Shown here: positions 1 through 9,690 of the stretch, one piece after another | How positions within the stretch are numbered: position 1 is the stretch's first letter | Layout: each line of letters begins with the position of its first letter | NCBI GenBank assembly: GCA_963787125.1 | Contig: CAWBBV010000012.1 | Coordinates: 128,001-192,000, forward strand | Direction of reading: 5' to 3' | Length of the DNA stretch: 64,000 bases | DNA from: an uncultured delta proteobacterium | GTDB lineage: Bacteria > Desulfobacterota > Desulfuromonadia > Geobacterales > DSM-12255 | Notes under the pieces: model-generated | What the model saw: the letters and a program-made list of their open reading frames with translations, nothing else | Database searches by the model: none | Told to the model about the DNA's origin: nothing | Translations under genes and position numbers: made by a program

Positions 1-13
1 AGTAAGGGAGAAT

Positions 14-895
14 TTGATGTTAAAAAGCATGACCGGTTACGGCAAGGCTGAAGCAGTGACAGAAGATGGAAAACTTTCCGTTGAGATACGCTCGGTGAAT
101 CATCGTTATGGTGAAATAGCCGTTAAAATGCCCAGGCAGCTGCTTGCCCTTGAAGGGGAGATAAAAAAACGGGTTTCTGACCGTTTCAAAAGAGGTAAAA
201 TTGATCTGTTTCTGATTTTCGAGGCTCCCACCGGTGGGGCTAACCTGCCACAAGCAAATCTGGCTGTTGCAAAAGCCTATCATGATGCCTTTTTAGCCAT
301 TAATCACCACCTTGGGATATATGAACCGATTCCTGTTGCAGCTATTCTTTCCCAGAAAGATGTGCTCTCTTCGTCGGAAGTTACCGCTGATCTGGAGCGC
401 ATCTCAGAATCTCTTTTCCAGACGCTTTCCGTAGCAATGGATAGTTTTGAAAAAATGCGCATCATGGAGGGGGAGGCTCTTTCAACGGAAGTTGCCGGCA
501 GGATCGCAGCCGTGGGCACCCTTGTTGAAAGCATTGCAGAGCGGGCTCCGCAGGCAGTGGCTGCAAATATCGACCGCCTTAAGGAGAGAGTTGCCAAACT
601 GTTGGGTGATACGCAGCTTGATGAAGCCCGGCTTGTCCAGGAAGTTGTCCTTCTGGCCGATCGTATGGAGGTAACTGAGGAGTTGGTGCGCCTCAGAAGT
701 CACTTCAGGCAGTTTGACTCGCTTATGGATCTGGCTGAACCGGTTGGCCGCAAGCTTGATTTTCTTCTGCAGGAGATGAACCGTGAAGTGAATACCATCG
801 GCTCAAAAGCAAATGATGCCACCATTGCCGCAATAGTTGTGGAGCTTAAATCCGAGATGGAAAAAGTGCGGGAGCAGATTCAGAATATCGAATAG
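14..895 (+). CDS. yicC: YicC/YloC family endoribonuclease
   Basis: SMTGYG N-terminus, RSVNHRY, GRKLDFLLQEMNREVNTIGSK, REQIQNIE end; upstream of gmk. ATG at 17 is an alternative start. Confidence 0.93.
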   Translation: MMLKSMTGYGKAEAVTEDGKLSVEIRSVNHRYGEIAVKMPRQLLALEGEIKKRVSDRFKRGKIDLFLIFEAPTGGANLPQANLAVAKAYHDAFLAINHHLGIYEPIPVAAILSQKDVLSSSEVTADLERISESLFQTLSVAMDSFEKMRIMEGEALSTEVAGRIAAVGTLVESIAERAPQAVAANIDRLKERVAKLLGDTQLDEARLVQEVVLLADRMEVTEELVRLRSHFRQFDSLMDLAEPVGRKLDFLLQEMNREVNTIGSKANDATIAAIVVELKSEMEKVREQIQNIE

Positions 896-916
896 AGGAT
901 AAGGAGGGTAAGGAAA

Positions 917-1552
917 GTGGAACCGTCTACAGGCGATAATCCGATCCGAAAAGGTATTTTATACGTAATATCAGCTCCGTCCGGTGCAGGTAAGAGCACA
1001 CTCTGCAGGGAACTTCTTGACATTTTTCCGGAACTGCGGCACTCTGTCAGCTTCACAACTCGGCCTCCCCGCAATGGAGAGGTTGAAGGTCGAGACTATC
1101 ACTTTGTCTCCAGTGAAGAGTTTCACCGGATGATTGGCGCTGGTGAGTTTGCAGAGTGGGCTGAGGTTCATGGCAACCTCTACGGTACTGCACTCGAGAC
1201 ACTTAATCAATCCCGTGATGATGGTATTGACCTGATACTTGACATAGACTGTCAAGGTGCAGCGCAGTTGAAGGAGAAGCAGGTTATCGGTGTTCATATT
1301 TTTATCCTGCCACCAAGCTATCCCGAACTGAGACGTAGATTAGAGGGTAGAGATTCTGACTCCTCTGCAGTGATCGAAAGGCGGCTTGCAAATGCCGCGG
1401 ATGAGATCAGGCAGGCAGGGACGTACGACTACATAGTAGTAAATGACATCTTCAGCCGGGCAGTGGAAGAATTAAAGTCGATTATCATTGCCGAGCGTCA
1501 CAGGGCCGGTTTTGTACTGGATAAGTTGAATAAGAAGTTCAATATTCACTAA
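917..1552 (+). CDS. gmk: Guanylate kinase
   Basis: [11 protein letters not shown]-loop, [24 protein letters not shown] motifs. Confidence 0.97.
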   Translation: MEPSTGDNPIRKGILYVISAPSGAGKSTLCRELLDIFPELRHSVSFTTRPPRNGEVEGRDYHFVSSEEFHRMIGAGEFAEWAEVHGNLYGTALETLNQSRDDGIDLILDIDCQGAAQLKEKQVIGVHIFILPPSYPELRRRLEGRDSDSSAVIERRLANAADEIRQAGTYDYIVVNDIFSRAVEELKSIIIAERHRAGFVLDKLNKKFNIH

Positions 1553-1595
1553 AAGATACATGTGTCGAGAGTGTATCTTTTTAAGGGGAATTCAT

Positions 1596-1808
1596 ATGGC
1601 ACGTGTAACTGTTGAAGATTGTCTGGAGCATGTTGAAAACCGTTTCCTGCTGGTAATGCTTGCAGCCAAAAGGGTCAAGCAGCATTACAAGGGTGCTCGC
1701 CCGCTGATTGAAAACAAGGGTGAGAATAAGAACGTCGTCCTCTCTTTGCGTGAAATAGCAGCCGGCAAGGTGAAGTATGAATATTCCGGTCGCCGTGGAC
1801 CGAAGTAG
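1596..1808 (+). CDS. rpoZ: RNA polymerase omega subunit
   Basis: [22 protein letters not shown] 1596 preceded by AAGGGGA. Confidence 0.96.
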   Translation: MARVTVEDCLEHVENRFLLVMLAAKRVKQHYKGARPLIENKGENKNVVLSLREIAAGKVKYEYSGRRGPK

Positions 1809-1891
1809 CTCCTGGTAACGCCAACCTGACTTTTTTGTTACGCCAGAGGCGACGGTATTAATCGTCGCCTTTCTTTTACTTTGAGTGATAA

Positions 1892-4042
1892 ATGATCAGA
1901 CTTAACGACATACTTAGCAAGGTATCTGCGTACAATCCCGCAGCTGATCTCGATCTTATCCGTAAAGCCTACGTTTACTGTGCCAAGGTTCATCAGGGAC
2001 AGACTCGGCTTTCCGGTGAGCCTTATCTTGTCCACCCGATGGAGGTCTCGGCAATACTTGCTGATCTCCGGCTCGATGTGGCGTCTGTGGTAACCGGTCT
2101 TCTCCATGATACCGTTGAGGATACCCTGGCAACATTGGAAGAGCTTTCCGAAATGTTTGGTGATGAGGTCTCAAGCCTGGTAAATGGAGTTACCAAAATC
2201 GGTAAAATTCATTTCAAGACCAAAGAGGAGAGTCAGGCGGAGAATTTCCGCAAAATGCTTCTCGCCATGTCGGACGATATCAGGGTCATCCTTATCAAAC
2301 TTGCTGATCGACTCCATAACATGCGTACTCTCGAGTATCAACCTGAAGTCAAGCAGCGCCTCATTGCCACAGAGACTCTTGATATATATGCGCCTATTGC
2401 CCATCGTCTCGGTATTCAGTGGATCAAAAGCGAACTTGAGGATCTTTCCTTCAAATATCTTGACCCGCAGGTTTATGAAGATCTCTCCTCAAAGGTGAGT
2501 ACCAAGAAAAAAGAGCGCGAAGCCTACATTACTGATGTAATGAAAATAATCACCAACAAGCTTGAAGAACATCAGATCAGGGGCGAGGTTTCGGGGCGGA
2601 GCAAGCATCTTTACTCGATATATCGCAAGATGGTCAAGCGGAATGTCGATATAGACGAAATTTACGATCTTGTTGCTATCAGGGTTCAGGTTGATGATAT
2701 TCGCGCCTGCTATGAACTGCTAGGTATCGTTCACTCCACATGGAAACCGATTCCCGGGCGGTTTAAAGACTATATCGCCATGCCGAAAGGGAATATGTAC
2801 CAGTCTCTGCATACAACTGTTATCGGCCCGACCGGCGAGCGAATGGAAGTGCAGATACGAACTGATGAAATGCACCGTATTGCTGAAGCAGGGATTGCCG
2901 CTCACTGGAAATACAAAGAGGGTAAAGGCTACGACGAACGGGAAGTGAAGCGCTTTGCCTGGCTCAGGCAGCTGCTGGAATGGCAGCAGGAGTTGCAGGA
3001 TTCGCGCGAATTTATGGACAGCGTCAAGGTAGATCTTTTTCCAGAAGAGGTTTATGTCTTCACCCCCAAAGGCGATGTAAAGTCTTTCCCCAAAGGATCG
3101 ACACCCATAGACTTTGCCTACAGTGTCCATAGTGATGTCGGCCACAGATGTGTCGGCGCAAAAATAAACGGCAAACTTGTACCGCTCAAGCATGAACTCA
3201 GTAACGGTGATATCGTCGAAGTTATTACCTCGCCGCACCATACGCCGAGCAAGGACTGGTTGAAAATTGTCAGAAGCTCACGGGCTCGAAACAGGATACG
3301 GACCTGGATAAAAACCGAAGAGCGCAAACGAAGTATCACTCTCGGACGGGAAATCTGCGAAAAAGAGCTGCGCAGGTATTCACTCAACTTTGCAAAACTA
3401 TCCAAAATAGGTGATGTCAAGCGCGCTGCAGTCGAATTCGGGCTTAACAGTGAAGATGATCTGCTAGCGGCGATCGGTTATGGAAAGCTTTCTGTCGTGC
3501 AACTGGCAGGCAAGCTGTCTCCTGGCGAAAAAATTGAACATCATGCAGACAAGCCCCAATCAAGAGTTGGAAAAATAATTGATAAGCTCAAAGGCAAGTC
3601 GTCCAGCGCCATTCAGATTGGCGGCATCAATGATGTCATGGTCAGATTCGGTAAATGTTGCAATCCTCTCCCGGGCGACGAAATCGTCGGCTTCATTACC
3701 AGGGGCAGAGGGGTGACCGTTCACTCCTCAGACTGCTCGCTTGCACTTGGAAGCGATCCTGAAAGGCGCGTCGAAATTGTCTGGACCAGGGACAAGAAAT
3801 CAGCTCTTCCGGTGAAAATCAGGGTTACCTGTCATGATCAGAAAGGGATCCTTGCCAACATCAGTCAGGCAATATCCAATTGTGAAGCGAATATAATCAG
3901 TGCCCATATTCAGAGCACGGTTGACAGAATGGGGGTCAATATTTTTGAGGTTGAAGTGACAGACCTGGAGCATTTGCGGCGGGTGATGAATGCAATTCAA
4001 AAACTTGCCGGGGTGAACCATGTTGAGAGGCTAAGAGGTTGA
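1892..4042 (+). CDS. relA: Bifunctional (p)ppGpp synthetase/hydrolase Rel (RelA/SpoT homolog)
   Basis: HDTVED hydrolase motif, RFKDYIA..K.N.YQSLHT synthetase motif, TGS region, CCNP, C-terminal ACT. Confidence 0.96.
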   Translation: MIRLNDILSKVSAYNPAADLDLIRKAYVYCAKVHQGQTRLSGEPYLVHPMEVSAILADLRLDVASVVTGLLHDTVEDTLATLEELSEMFGDEVSSLVNGVTKIGKIHFKTKEESQAENFRKMLLAMSDDIRVILIKLADRLHNMRTLEYQPEVKQRLIATETLDIYAPIAHRLGIQWIKSELEDLSFKYLDPQVYEDLSSKVSTKKKEREAYITDVMKIITNKLEEHQIRGEVSGRSKHLYSIYRKMVKRNVDIDEIYDLVAIRVQVDDIRACYELLGIVHSTWKPIPGRFKDYIAMPKGNMYQSLHTTVIGPTGERMEVQIRTDEMHRIAEAGIAAHWKYKEGKGYDEREVKRFAWLRQLLEWQQELQDSREFMDSVKVDLFPEEVYVFTPKGDVKSFPKGSTPIDFAYSVHSDVGHRCVGAKINGKLVPLKHELSNGDIVEVITSPHHTPSKDWLKIVRSSRARNRIRTWIKTEERKRSITLGREICEKELRRYSLNFAKLSKIGDVKRAAVEFGLNSEDDLLAAIGYGKLSVVQLAGKLSPGEKIEHHADKPQSRVGKIIDKLKGKSSSAIQIGGINDVMVRFGKCCNPLPGDEIVGFITRGRGVTVHSSDCSLALGSDPERRVEIVWTRDKKSALPVKIRVTCHDQKGILANISQAISNCEANIISAHIQSTVDRMGVNIFEVEVTDLEHLRRVMNAIQKLAGVNHVERLRG

Positions 4043-4054
4043 CAGGGAGGCTTC

Positions 4055-4438
4055 ATGAGTAAAGTAATCATCCGCACGGAAAAAGCACCAACAGCAATCG
4101 GGCCGTACTCCCAAGGGGTCAAGGCAAACGGATTTATTTTTTTCTCGGGACAGATTCCGCTGGAACCATCGACCGGAGAGGTTGTGTTGGGAGACATCTC
4201 AATTCAGACTGAACTGGTTATGAAAAATATCGAAGCGTTGCTGACGGTGACCGGAATAGGCTTCCAGGATGTGGTCAAGACGACAATTTTCCTGACAAAT
4301 CTGGCTGATTTTGGCGTAGTAAACGAGATTTACGGCAGACGCTTTCTTGAGAACCCCCCGGCACGCTCAACTGTTGAGGTGAAAGCACTGCCGAAGGGTG
4401 TTGCTGTCGAGATAGAGGTCATTGCAGTTGAGCGCTAG
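4055..4438 (+). CDS. ridA: RidA family reactive intermediate/imine deaminase
   Basis: AP.AIGPYSQG, SGQIP, PARSTVEV..LPKG..VEIE. Confidence 0.93.
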   Translation: MSKVIIRTEKAPTAIGPYSQGVKANGFIFFSGQIPLEPSTGEVVLGDISIQTELVMKNIEALLTVTGIGFQDVVKTTIFLTNLADFGVVNEIYGRRFLENPPARSTVEVKALPKGVAVEIEVIAVER

Positions 4439-4463
4439 CACTAGTCACACTGCAGACAAAAGA

Positions 4464-4491
4464 AAGCCGCAATCGGGAAGAATTGCGGCTT
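4464..4491. terminator. Stem-loop between convergent ridA and rpmB
   Basis: AAGCCGCAAT...ATTGCGGCTT inverted repeat; A-run on the left gives a U-tail on the minus strand. Confidence 0.65.
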
Positions 4492-4516
4492 GATTGATTC
4501 TCTGCCCTTGAAAGTT

Positions 4517-4708
4517 TCAGAGAGCCTTGATGACGTGACCGGAGCGAATGCAGCGAGTGCACACCTTAATGCTTCTGACGGTGCCCTGACGGACTGCCTT
4601 AACTTTCTGCAGGTTTGGATGCCAGGTGCGACGTGTCTTGTTGTTTGCGTGGCTGACATTGTTTCCGAAACTCGGACCTTTTCCACAGATTTCACATATT
4701 TTGGACAT
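4517..4708 (-). CDS. rpmB: 50S ribosomal protein L28
   Basis: [26 protein letters not shown]...VCTRCIRSG. Confidence 0.97.
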   Translation of the reverse strand: MSKICEICGKGPSFGNNVSHANNKTRRTWHPNLQKVKAVRQGTVRSIKVCTRCIRSGHVIKAL

Positions 4709-4805
4709 TAACCTTACCCCCTGATTTACTGAAGCATTAGTTAATATCAGGACTACCCTAAAAATTCAACTGTTTTTTTATAATAACTGTAAAAAAGGGG
4801 CTTCA

Positions 4806-5408
4806 TTGCTGACGCTTTTAAAGGGACTTATTTCGCTGCTGGTACTTTTGTGTCTGCTTGTTTCAGTGCTGTTTGTTGATTTTGTCTATAAAACATTCTC
4901 TTTCAGAACAAGAGACATGAATCCTGACGCTGTTGTCGTTCTTGCCGGTGGCAGAGGCAGGGTCGAGGAGGGTGTCAGACTTTATCGGGAAGGTAAAGGC
5001 GAGCGTCTTTTCTTGATCGGGGTAGATCCATCAGTCAGAAAAAGTGATCTGTTTAAAGAGGAAAGCGGCAAACGCAATGGTGACCAGGTTTATCTTGAGA
5101 AGGCATCACGCAACACCCTTGAGAATGCCATATTCGCCAGAGAATTGATTGTTAAGGAGAATGTCAGGTCAATGCAGTTGATCACCTCCCGCTATCATAT
5201 GAAGCGATCCCTGCTTATTTTTAGAAATATTCTACCCAAGGATATCGCTATCTATCCACATCCGGTAACGAATAAAAGTTCGACAGATCCCTGGTGGAGT
5301 AACAGCGGTAGCATGCGGCTGTTATTCTCTGAGTTCTACAAATATTGCTTGTACCGTACTATCTTTCTCTTCTCGCAAGGAGAGTTGCGGCAGTATCAAA
5401 AGAATTAG
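4806..5408 (+). CDS. YdcF/DUF218 (ElyC/SanA-like) family protein
   Basis: N-terminal TM helix, DAVVVLAGG..RV, E..SRNTLENA, ITSRYHMKRS, E..KY. Confidence 0.85.
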   Translation: MLTLLKGLISLLVLLCLLVSVLFVDFVYKTFSFRTRDMNPDAVVVLAGGRGRVEEGVRLYREGKGERLFLIGVDPSVRKSDLFKEESGKRNGDQVYLEKASRNTLENAIFARELIVKENVRSMQLITSRYHMKRSLLIFRNILPKDIAIYPHPVTNKSSTDPWWSNSGSMRLLFSEFYKYCLYRTIFLFSQGELRQYQKN

Positions 5409-5569
5409 GAGTCTGTCAGACTTAGAATAAATCTGCTGCAAATTCGTCTGAACGGTCCATATTTATCCGCTTTCTTGGTCAAGAGAACGACTATTGACCT
5501 TCAAAATCGACTAAATCTGTCCTCGTCCGGCCGAATTTTCGCTTTGATTTCCTAAGTCCGACAGACTCC
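5408..5569. mobile_element. 162-bp MITE-like hairpin repeat, copy 1
   Basis: 18-bp terminal inverted repeats GGAGTCTGTCAGACTTAG / CTAAGTCCGACAGACTCC; 142/162 identical (hand count, ungapped) to the reverse complement of 15625-15786. Confidence 0.85.
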
Positions 5570-5584
5570 GCGGAGGAATAACTC

Positions 5585-6391
5585 ATGGCTGACGTTTATG
5601 CCACAATAGCCGGAGCGGATCCTGAGATACAGCAACGACTGGCCGTTGTTCTGGAGCGGCGGGCAGCTGATGTACAGCAGCAGGCGATGCTCAGGGCCTA
5701 TCTGGCTGAAGTTGAGTTCCCTGCAGATGGCGCCGTCCTCGATGTCGGTTGCGGTACAGGTGCTGTCAGCAGATTTCTGGCCCGGTTGCCTGGCATCGGC
5801 AGAGTCGTCGGTGTTGACCCTTCCCCTGTTTTTATAGCCACAGCAAGGGAACTTGCAGCCAATGAAGCGAATCTCTCCTTTATCGAGGCAGACGGGCGCA
5901 CGCTCCCCTTTGAGAGTGGCTCCTTTCAGGTAGTGATTTTTCATACGACATTAAGCCATATCCCCGGTCCGGAGAAAGCTCTGGCCGAGGCTTTTCGCCT
6001 CTTGACGCCGGACGGAAAACTAGTGATATTTGACGGCAACTACACGACAACATCACTGGCAAGCGGCGATCACGATCCGCTGCAGGCCTGTGCCGACGCA
6101 GCCATGGCGGCACTGGTGCATGACCGCTGGCTGATACCACGATTGCCGACGCTCTTGCTTTCTGCCGGTTTCAAGGTTCTGAGTCAACGCAGTTTCGGTT
6201 TCATTGAAACCATCGCTCCTGATTACATGCTCTCCATCGCGGATCGTGGCGCGGACTCTCTGGCCGCCACAGACCTTATCGGCGCAGAGTTGGCGATAGC
6301 ATTAAAAGCTGAAGCCAGACGGCGCGTGACAGTTGGTAAATTCTTTGGCCACATCGCCTATGCGAGCGTGGTAGCCGGCAAAGCTGATTAG
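5585..6391 (+). CDS. Class I SAM-dependent methyltransferase (UbiE-like)
   Basis: VLDVGCGTG motif I, GVDPS, ADGRTLPF..GSF, LTPDG; GGAGG RBS. Confidence 0.85.
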   Translation: MADVYATIAGADPEIQQRLAVVLERRAADVQQQAMLRAYLAEVEFPADGAVLDVGCGTGAVSRFLARLPGIGRVVGVDPSPVFIATARELAANEANLSFIEADGRTLPFESGSFQVVIFHTTLSHIPGPEKALAEAFRLLTPDGKLVIFDGNYTTTSLASGDHDPLQACADAAMAALVHDRWLIPRLPTLLLSAGFKVLSQRSFGFIETIAPDYMLSIADRGADSLAATDLIGAELAIALKAEARRRVTVGKFFGHIAYASVVAGKAD

Positions 6392-6406
6392 CGCCCTGGT
6401 GCAAGT

Positions 6407-6940
6407 GTGATTAGCTATGCTCTTTTTACAGATGTAAGCGTCAATCCCCAAAAGCGACTTGGTGTCGGCGCCTGCCTGCTGTTGCCACTGCAGCTCCTTG
6501 ATGCCGGTGAAATCGACCGGCCGGGACTCGCCGGCAGCTGCTTTTACAAACGCTTTACCGACACTTCGTCCACCTTGCTGGAGTTACAGACGGTTTTGTG
6601 GGGATTGGAGCTGTATCGACAGAAAATTCCCGCAGCGGTCCGTGGCGGGCTGATGCTGTATACCGACTCTCAATGTATTGCCGAATTGCCCAGGCGCAGG
6701 GAGCGACTGGAAGAGAGTGCATACTGTTCCAGGGCTTCCGGGCGGCTTCTTGTCAATGCGTTGCTTTATCAGCAAATCTACGCAGCCAGCGATGAGCTTG
6801 GCTTCCTGGTCACCAAGGTGGCAGGTCACTCCCGTTCTGCAACCCATGATAATCTTCAGCAGTTATTTTCGGTTGTCGACCGTGGCGCCCGGCGCGAGTT
6901 GAAGCTCTGGTTGTCCGGGTCTCCTCTCCCCAACTACTAA
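6407..6940 (+). CDS. Ribonuclease H-like (RNase HI family) protein
   Basis: Acidic catalytic pattern FTDVS / LELQ / YTDSQ / KVAGHS / VDR. Confidence 0.75.
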   Translation: MISYALFTDVSVNPQKRLGVGACLLLPLQLLDAGEIDRPGLAGSCFYKRFTDTSSTLLELQTVLWGLELYRQKIPAAVRGGLMLYTDSQCIAELPRRRERLEESAYCSRASGRLLVNALLYQQIYAASDELGFLVTKVAGHSRSATHDNLQQLFSVVDRGARRELKLWLSGSPLPNY

Positions 6941-6961
6941 AGACAAAGGCTTCACTCCTTC

Positions 6962-8779
6962 ATGCTTATAATCGTCGAATCGCCCACCAAAGCGAAAAAA
7001 ATACAGTCAATCCTCAAAGTCAAAGTCATGTCCACTGTAGGTCACTTCAAAGATCTTCCTGATGCCCGGATAGGCGTTGATCTGGCAACCTATGAACCGA
7101 CCTTCGTCTATCATGAAAAAAAGGCGCATCTGCCTAAAGAGCTACGGGCAGCGGCCCGGGGCGAGACAGTCATGCTTGCTGGTGACCCGGACCGGGAAGG
7201 GTATGCCATCAGCTGTCATATTTATGAAGAGGTGAAAGAGGTCGCCAAAGAGTGTCTGCGGATGGAGATTTTTGAGGTTACGGAAAAAGGGCTGAAGGAT
7301 TCCCTTGCCAGGGCAGTTCCGTTCGAAAAGACCAACCGTGGCCTCTACAACGCCTTTTTGGGGCGCAGGATCGGCGATCGTCTGGTTGGCTATATCCTTT
7401 CGCCCATCGCCAGCAAGAGTCTGCGCAGTAGTTATAGTGTGGGTCGTGTCCAGTCGCCGGCTGTCCGCCTGGTTGTTGACCGGGAGCGGGAGATTCGCGC
7501 CTTCACCTCAGCACTCTACTGGATGCTGGATATCCAGCTGGACAAGGAGGGAACGACCTTCCTGGCAAGGCATATGAGCGGCAAATTTGCCCTGAAGGCG
7601 GACGCCGAAAAAATCATCGCCGCTGTCAGCGAGCAGACCCATGTCCTGGCGGAAAAAGTTGAAAAAAAAGAGGTCAGGCAGTCGTCTAAACCGCCGTTTA
7701 CGACAGTTGACCTGCAGGCAGCTGCCGCAGCCAGGCTGAAGTTCACCCCGGAACAGACCATGAAACTGGCCCAGGCGCTGTTTGACCAAGGGATCATCAC
7801 TTATCACCGTACCGATTCAGTGCGAATGGATGACGCCTTTGTTACGGAGATTCGCGACTTTCTCGGGAAAACCCTTGGCGGCGATTATCTCCCATTAAAA
7901 CCGAACCAGCATAAATCTAAGAATTCCCAGGCTGAAGCCCACGAAGGGATCCGTCCCACCCACATGCACTCCCTTGCCGACATTCCGGCCATGATCAGGA
8001 AAGAAGGGTTGACGCCCGACCATGCCCGGCTCTACGAGATGATCTTCAAACGGGCCATCGCCAGCCAGATGGCCGCGGCCCGCTATGATTCCACTGTCAT
8101 GATTTTTACGGTCGCCGGAGAAAAGTTCAAGGCTGCCGGGCGGGTACTGATCCTTGATGGTTTCCTTCAGGTTTACGCCGAGGTTGACGAGGAGAGCGAC
8201 AAGAAGGGGGAGGAAGACAAGCTGCAGCTGCTTCCGCCGGTTGAGGTCGGTGAGCTGGTGCCGAAGGTGGCGGAAACCCTTGAAGAAAAGAAGAGCAAGC
8301 CGCCAGGGAGGTTTACCCTCGGTTCCCTGGTAAAGGAGTTGGAGCGGCTGGATATAGGCCGGCCGTCCACCTATGCCGCCATCACCAAGAACATTACCGC
8401 CCGAGGGTACGTTAAGGAAGAGAAGGGGAGGGTGATGCCGTTGCCATCGGGGGAGACCCTGATTGATTTCTTAAGGGAAAAACACCCCTGGGTGATCAAC
8501 TATGAGCTGACCAGCAAGATGGAAAACTTTCTCGATCTGGTGGTAGAGAACAAGGAGAGCTGGCAGCGCTTCTGCAAAGGGGTGCACAACAAGATGGGAT
8601 TCTTCATCCCGCCGGTACGGGTGGAAGGTGGTGGTCCAAGCGAAGCGCAGCTTAAATACGCCCAGAGTCTTGCCAGGAAAACCAGCAGCGTCATCCCGGA
8701 AGAAACCTTGAAGAGCGGCAAGGCTCTTTCCCTCTGGATTGAAGCTGTTGTCGGTTTGAAGTCGCAGCCGGCAGACTGA
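6962..8779 (+). CDS. Type IA DNA topoisomerase, short form lacking Zn ribbons
   Basis: IVESPTKAK, DPDREG, GRVQSP, catalytic ITYHRTDS, AHEGIRPT, IGRPSTY. Confidence 0.92.
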   Translation: MLIIVESPTKAKKIQSILKVKVMSTVGHFKDLPDARIGVDLATYEPTFVYHEKKAHLPKELRAAARGETVMLAGDPDREGYAISCHIYEEVKEVAKECLRMEIFEVTEKGLKDSLARAVPFEKTNRGLYNAFLGRRIGDRLVGYILSPIASKSLRSSYSVGRVQSPAVRLVVDREREIRAFTSALYWMLDIQLDKEGTTFLARHMSGKFALKADAEKIIAAVSEQTHVLAEKVEKKEVRQSSKPPFTTVDLQAAAAARLKFTPEQTMKLAQALFDQGIITYHRTDSVRMDDAFVTEIRDFLGKTLGGDYLPLKPNQHKSKNSQAEAHEGIRPTHMHSLADIPAMIRKEGLTPDHARLYEMIFKRAIASQMAAARYDSTVMIFTVAGEKFKAAGRVLILDGFLQVYAEVDEESDKKGEEDKLQLLPPVEVGELVPKVAETLEEKKSKPPGRFTLGSLVKELERLDIGRPSTYAAITKNITARGYVKEEKGRVMPLPSGETLIDFLREKHPWVINYELTSKMENFLDLVVENKESWQRFCKGVHNKMGFFIPPVRVEGGGPSEAQLKYAQSLARKTSSVIPEETLKSGKALSLWIEAVVGLKSQPAD

Positions 8780-9031
8780 ATTTTATAAACTTCGCACTAA
8801 TATCCAGTATCGAAACTCAGGGTTGAAAGAGTGATTTTGTTATCGTAGTAACCCTGTGACTGAATATAATTACTGGTATGCTATAATAACTTCAGGACAG
8901 CTTGAGGAAGGTACTACCCTGGTAAGGTTCGCACGATCTCGGCTAAGCGTTCAGTAGGTTATTGACCCTGATTTTGACCGCAAGCAGATATAGGATGACG
9001 GTTAAACCGGCCGGCATCCGGGAGATTCTCC

Positions 9032-9475
9032 ATGGCACTCACGGAATCAGCAGAACTACTGCAGAAAGGGCTGGATGCTCTTGAGCATGGCCACACCTTT
9101 TTGGCTATGACCTGCTTGGAGCAGGCCATGGAGTACGGGAAAACACCGATTCTATCTTCCTTCCTCGCCTACTGTCACGCTCTTAACGGGCGGGACTTGG
9201 ACAAAGCGATCGAACTCGCCAGGGAGGCTCAACAGGCCGATCCCGCTTGCCCTGAATGCAGTCTGAACCTGGGCAGAGTGCTCCTTCTGTCCGAACACAA
9301 GGACGAGGCGATAACCGTTTTCCGTCAGGGGTTAGTATACTCACTGAGCCCAGAACTGATTGCCCAGCTGGACGAGCTGGGAACGCGCAAGCCCCTGCTA
9401 TTCAAAACCCTTTCGCGGGACAATATCCTGAACAAATATGGTGGTAAGTTACTCGGCTTGTGCGGATTAAGATAA
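9032..9475 (+). CDS. Tetratricopeptide repeat protein
   Basis: TPR-like helices (LAYCHAL..AIELAREA..LNLGRVLL..AI..FRQGL). Confidence 0.7.
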   Translation: MALTESAELLQKGLDALEHGHTFLAMTCLEQAMEYGKTPILSSFLAYCHALNGRDLDKAIELAREAQQADPACPECSLNLGRVLLLSEHKDEAITVFRQGLVYSLSPELIAQLDELGTRKPLLFKTLSRDNILNKYGGKLLGLCGLR

Positions 9476-9632
9476 GCTGCGCCGGGATTATCTGAATCCG
9501 CTGACCATCGGGTCTTTTATGCCGACTTCAACGCGGGGCTGATCGCGAGTAACTGCCGCAAGCGCTGCTCTGACGGCTCGTTTATGCTTAACCGCCGGTA
9601 TAAATCCGGACTTGCCGGGTAAAAAAGCCGGC

Positions 9633-9661
9633 TTGACATCTCCGTTGACTGACGCTATGGT
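9633..9661 (+). promoter_or_regulatory. Sigma70-type promoter of lexA operon
   Basis: TTGACA (9633-9638), 17 bp spacer, TATGGT (9656-9661). Confidence 0.65.
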
Positions 9662-9676
9662 ATGCAAAGGAATACC
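9659..9676. promoter_or_regulatory. Geobacter-type LexA (SOS) box
   Basis: GGTATGCAAAGGAATACC fits GGTT-N2-C-N4-G-N3-ACC with one mismatch; overlaps the -10 of lexA. Confidence 0.7.
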
Positions 9677-9690
9677 TAACGGAGAAGCGT

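Noticed and set aside
1551..1581. AAAAGATACA..TGTATCTTTT inverted repeat between gmk and rpoZ
   Set aside because: A single AT-rich hairpin with no other copy; too weak to assign a function.
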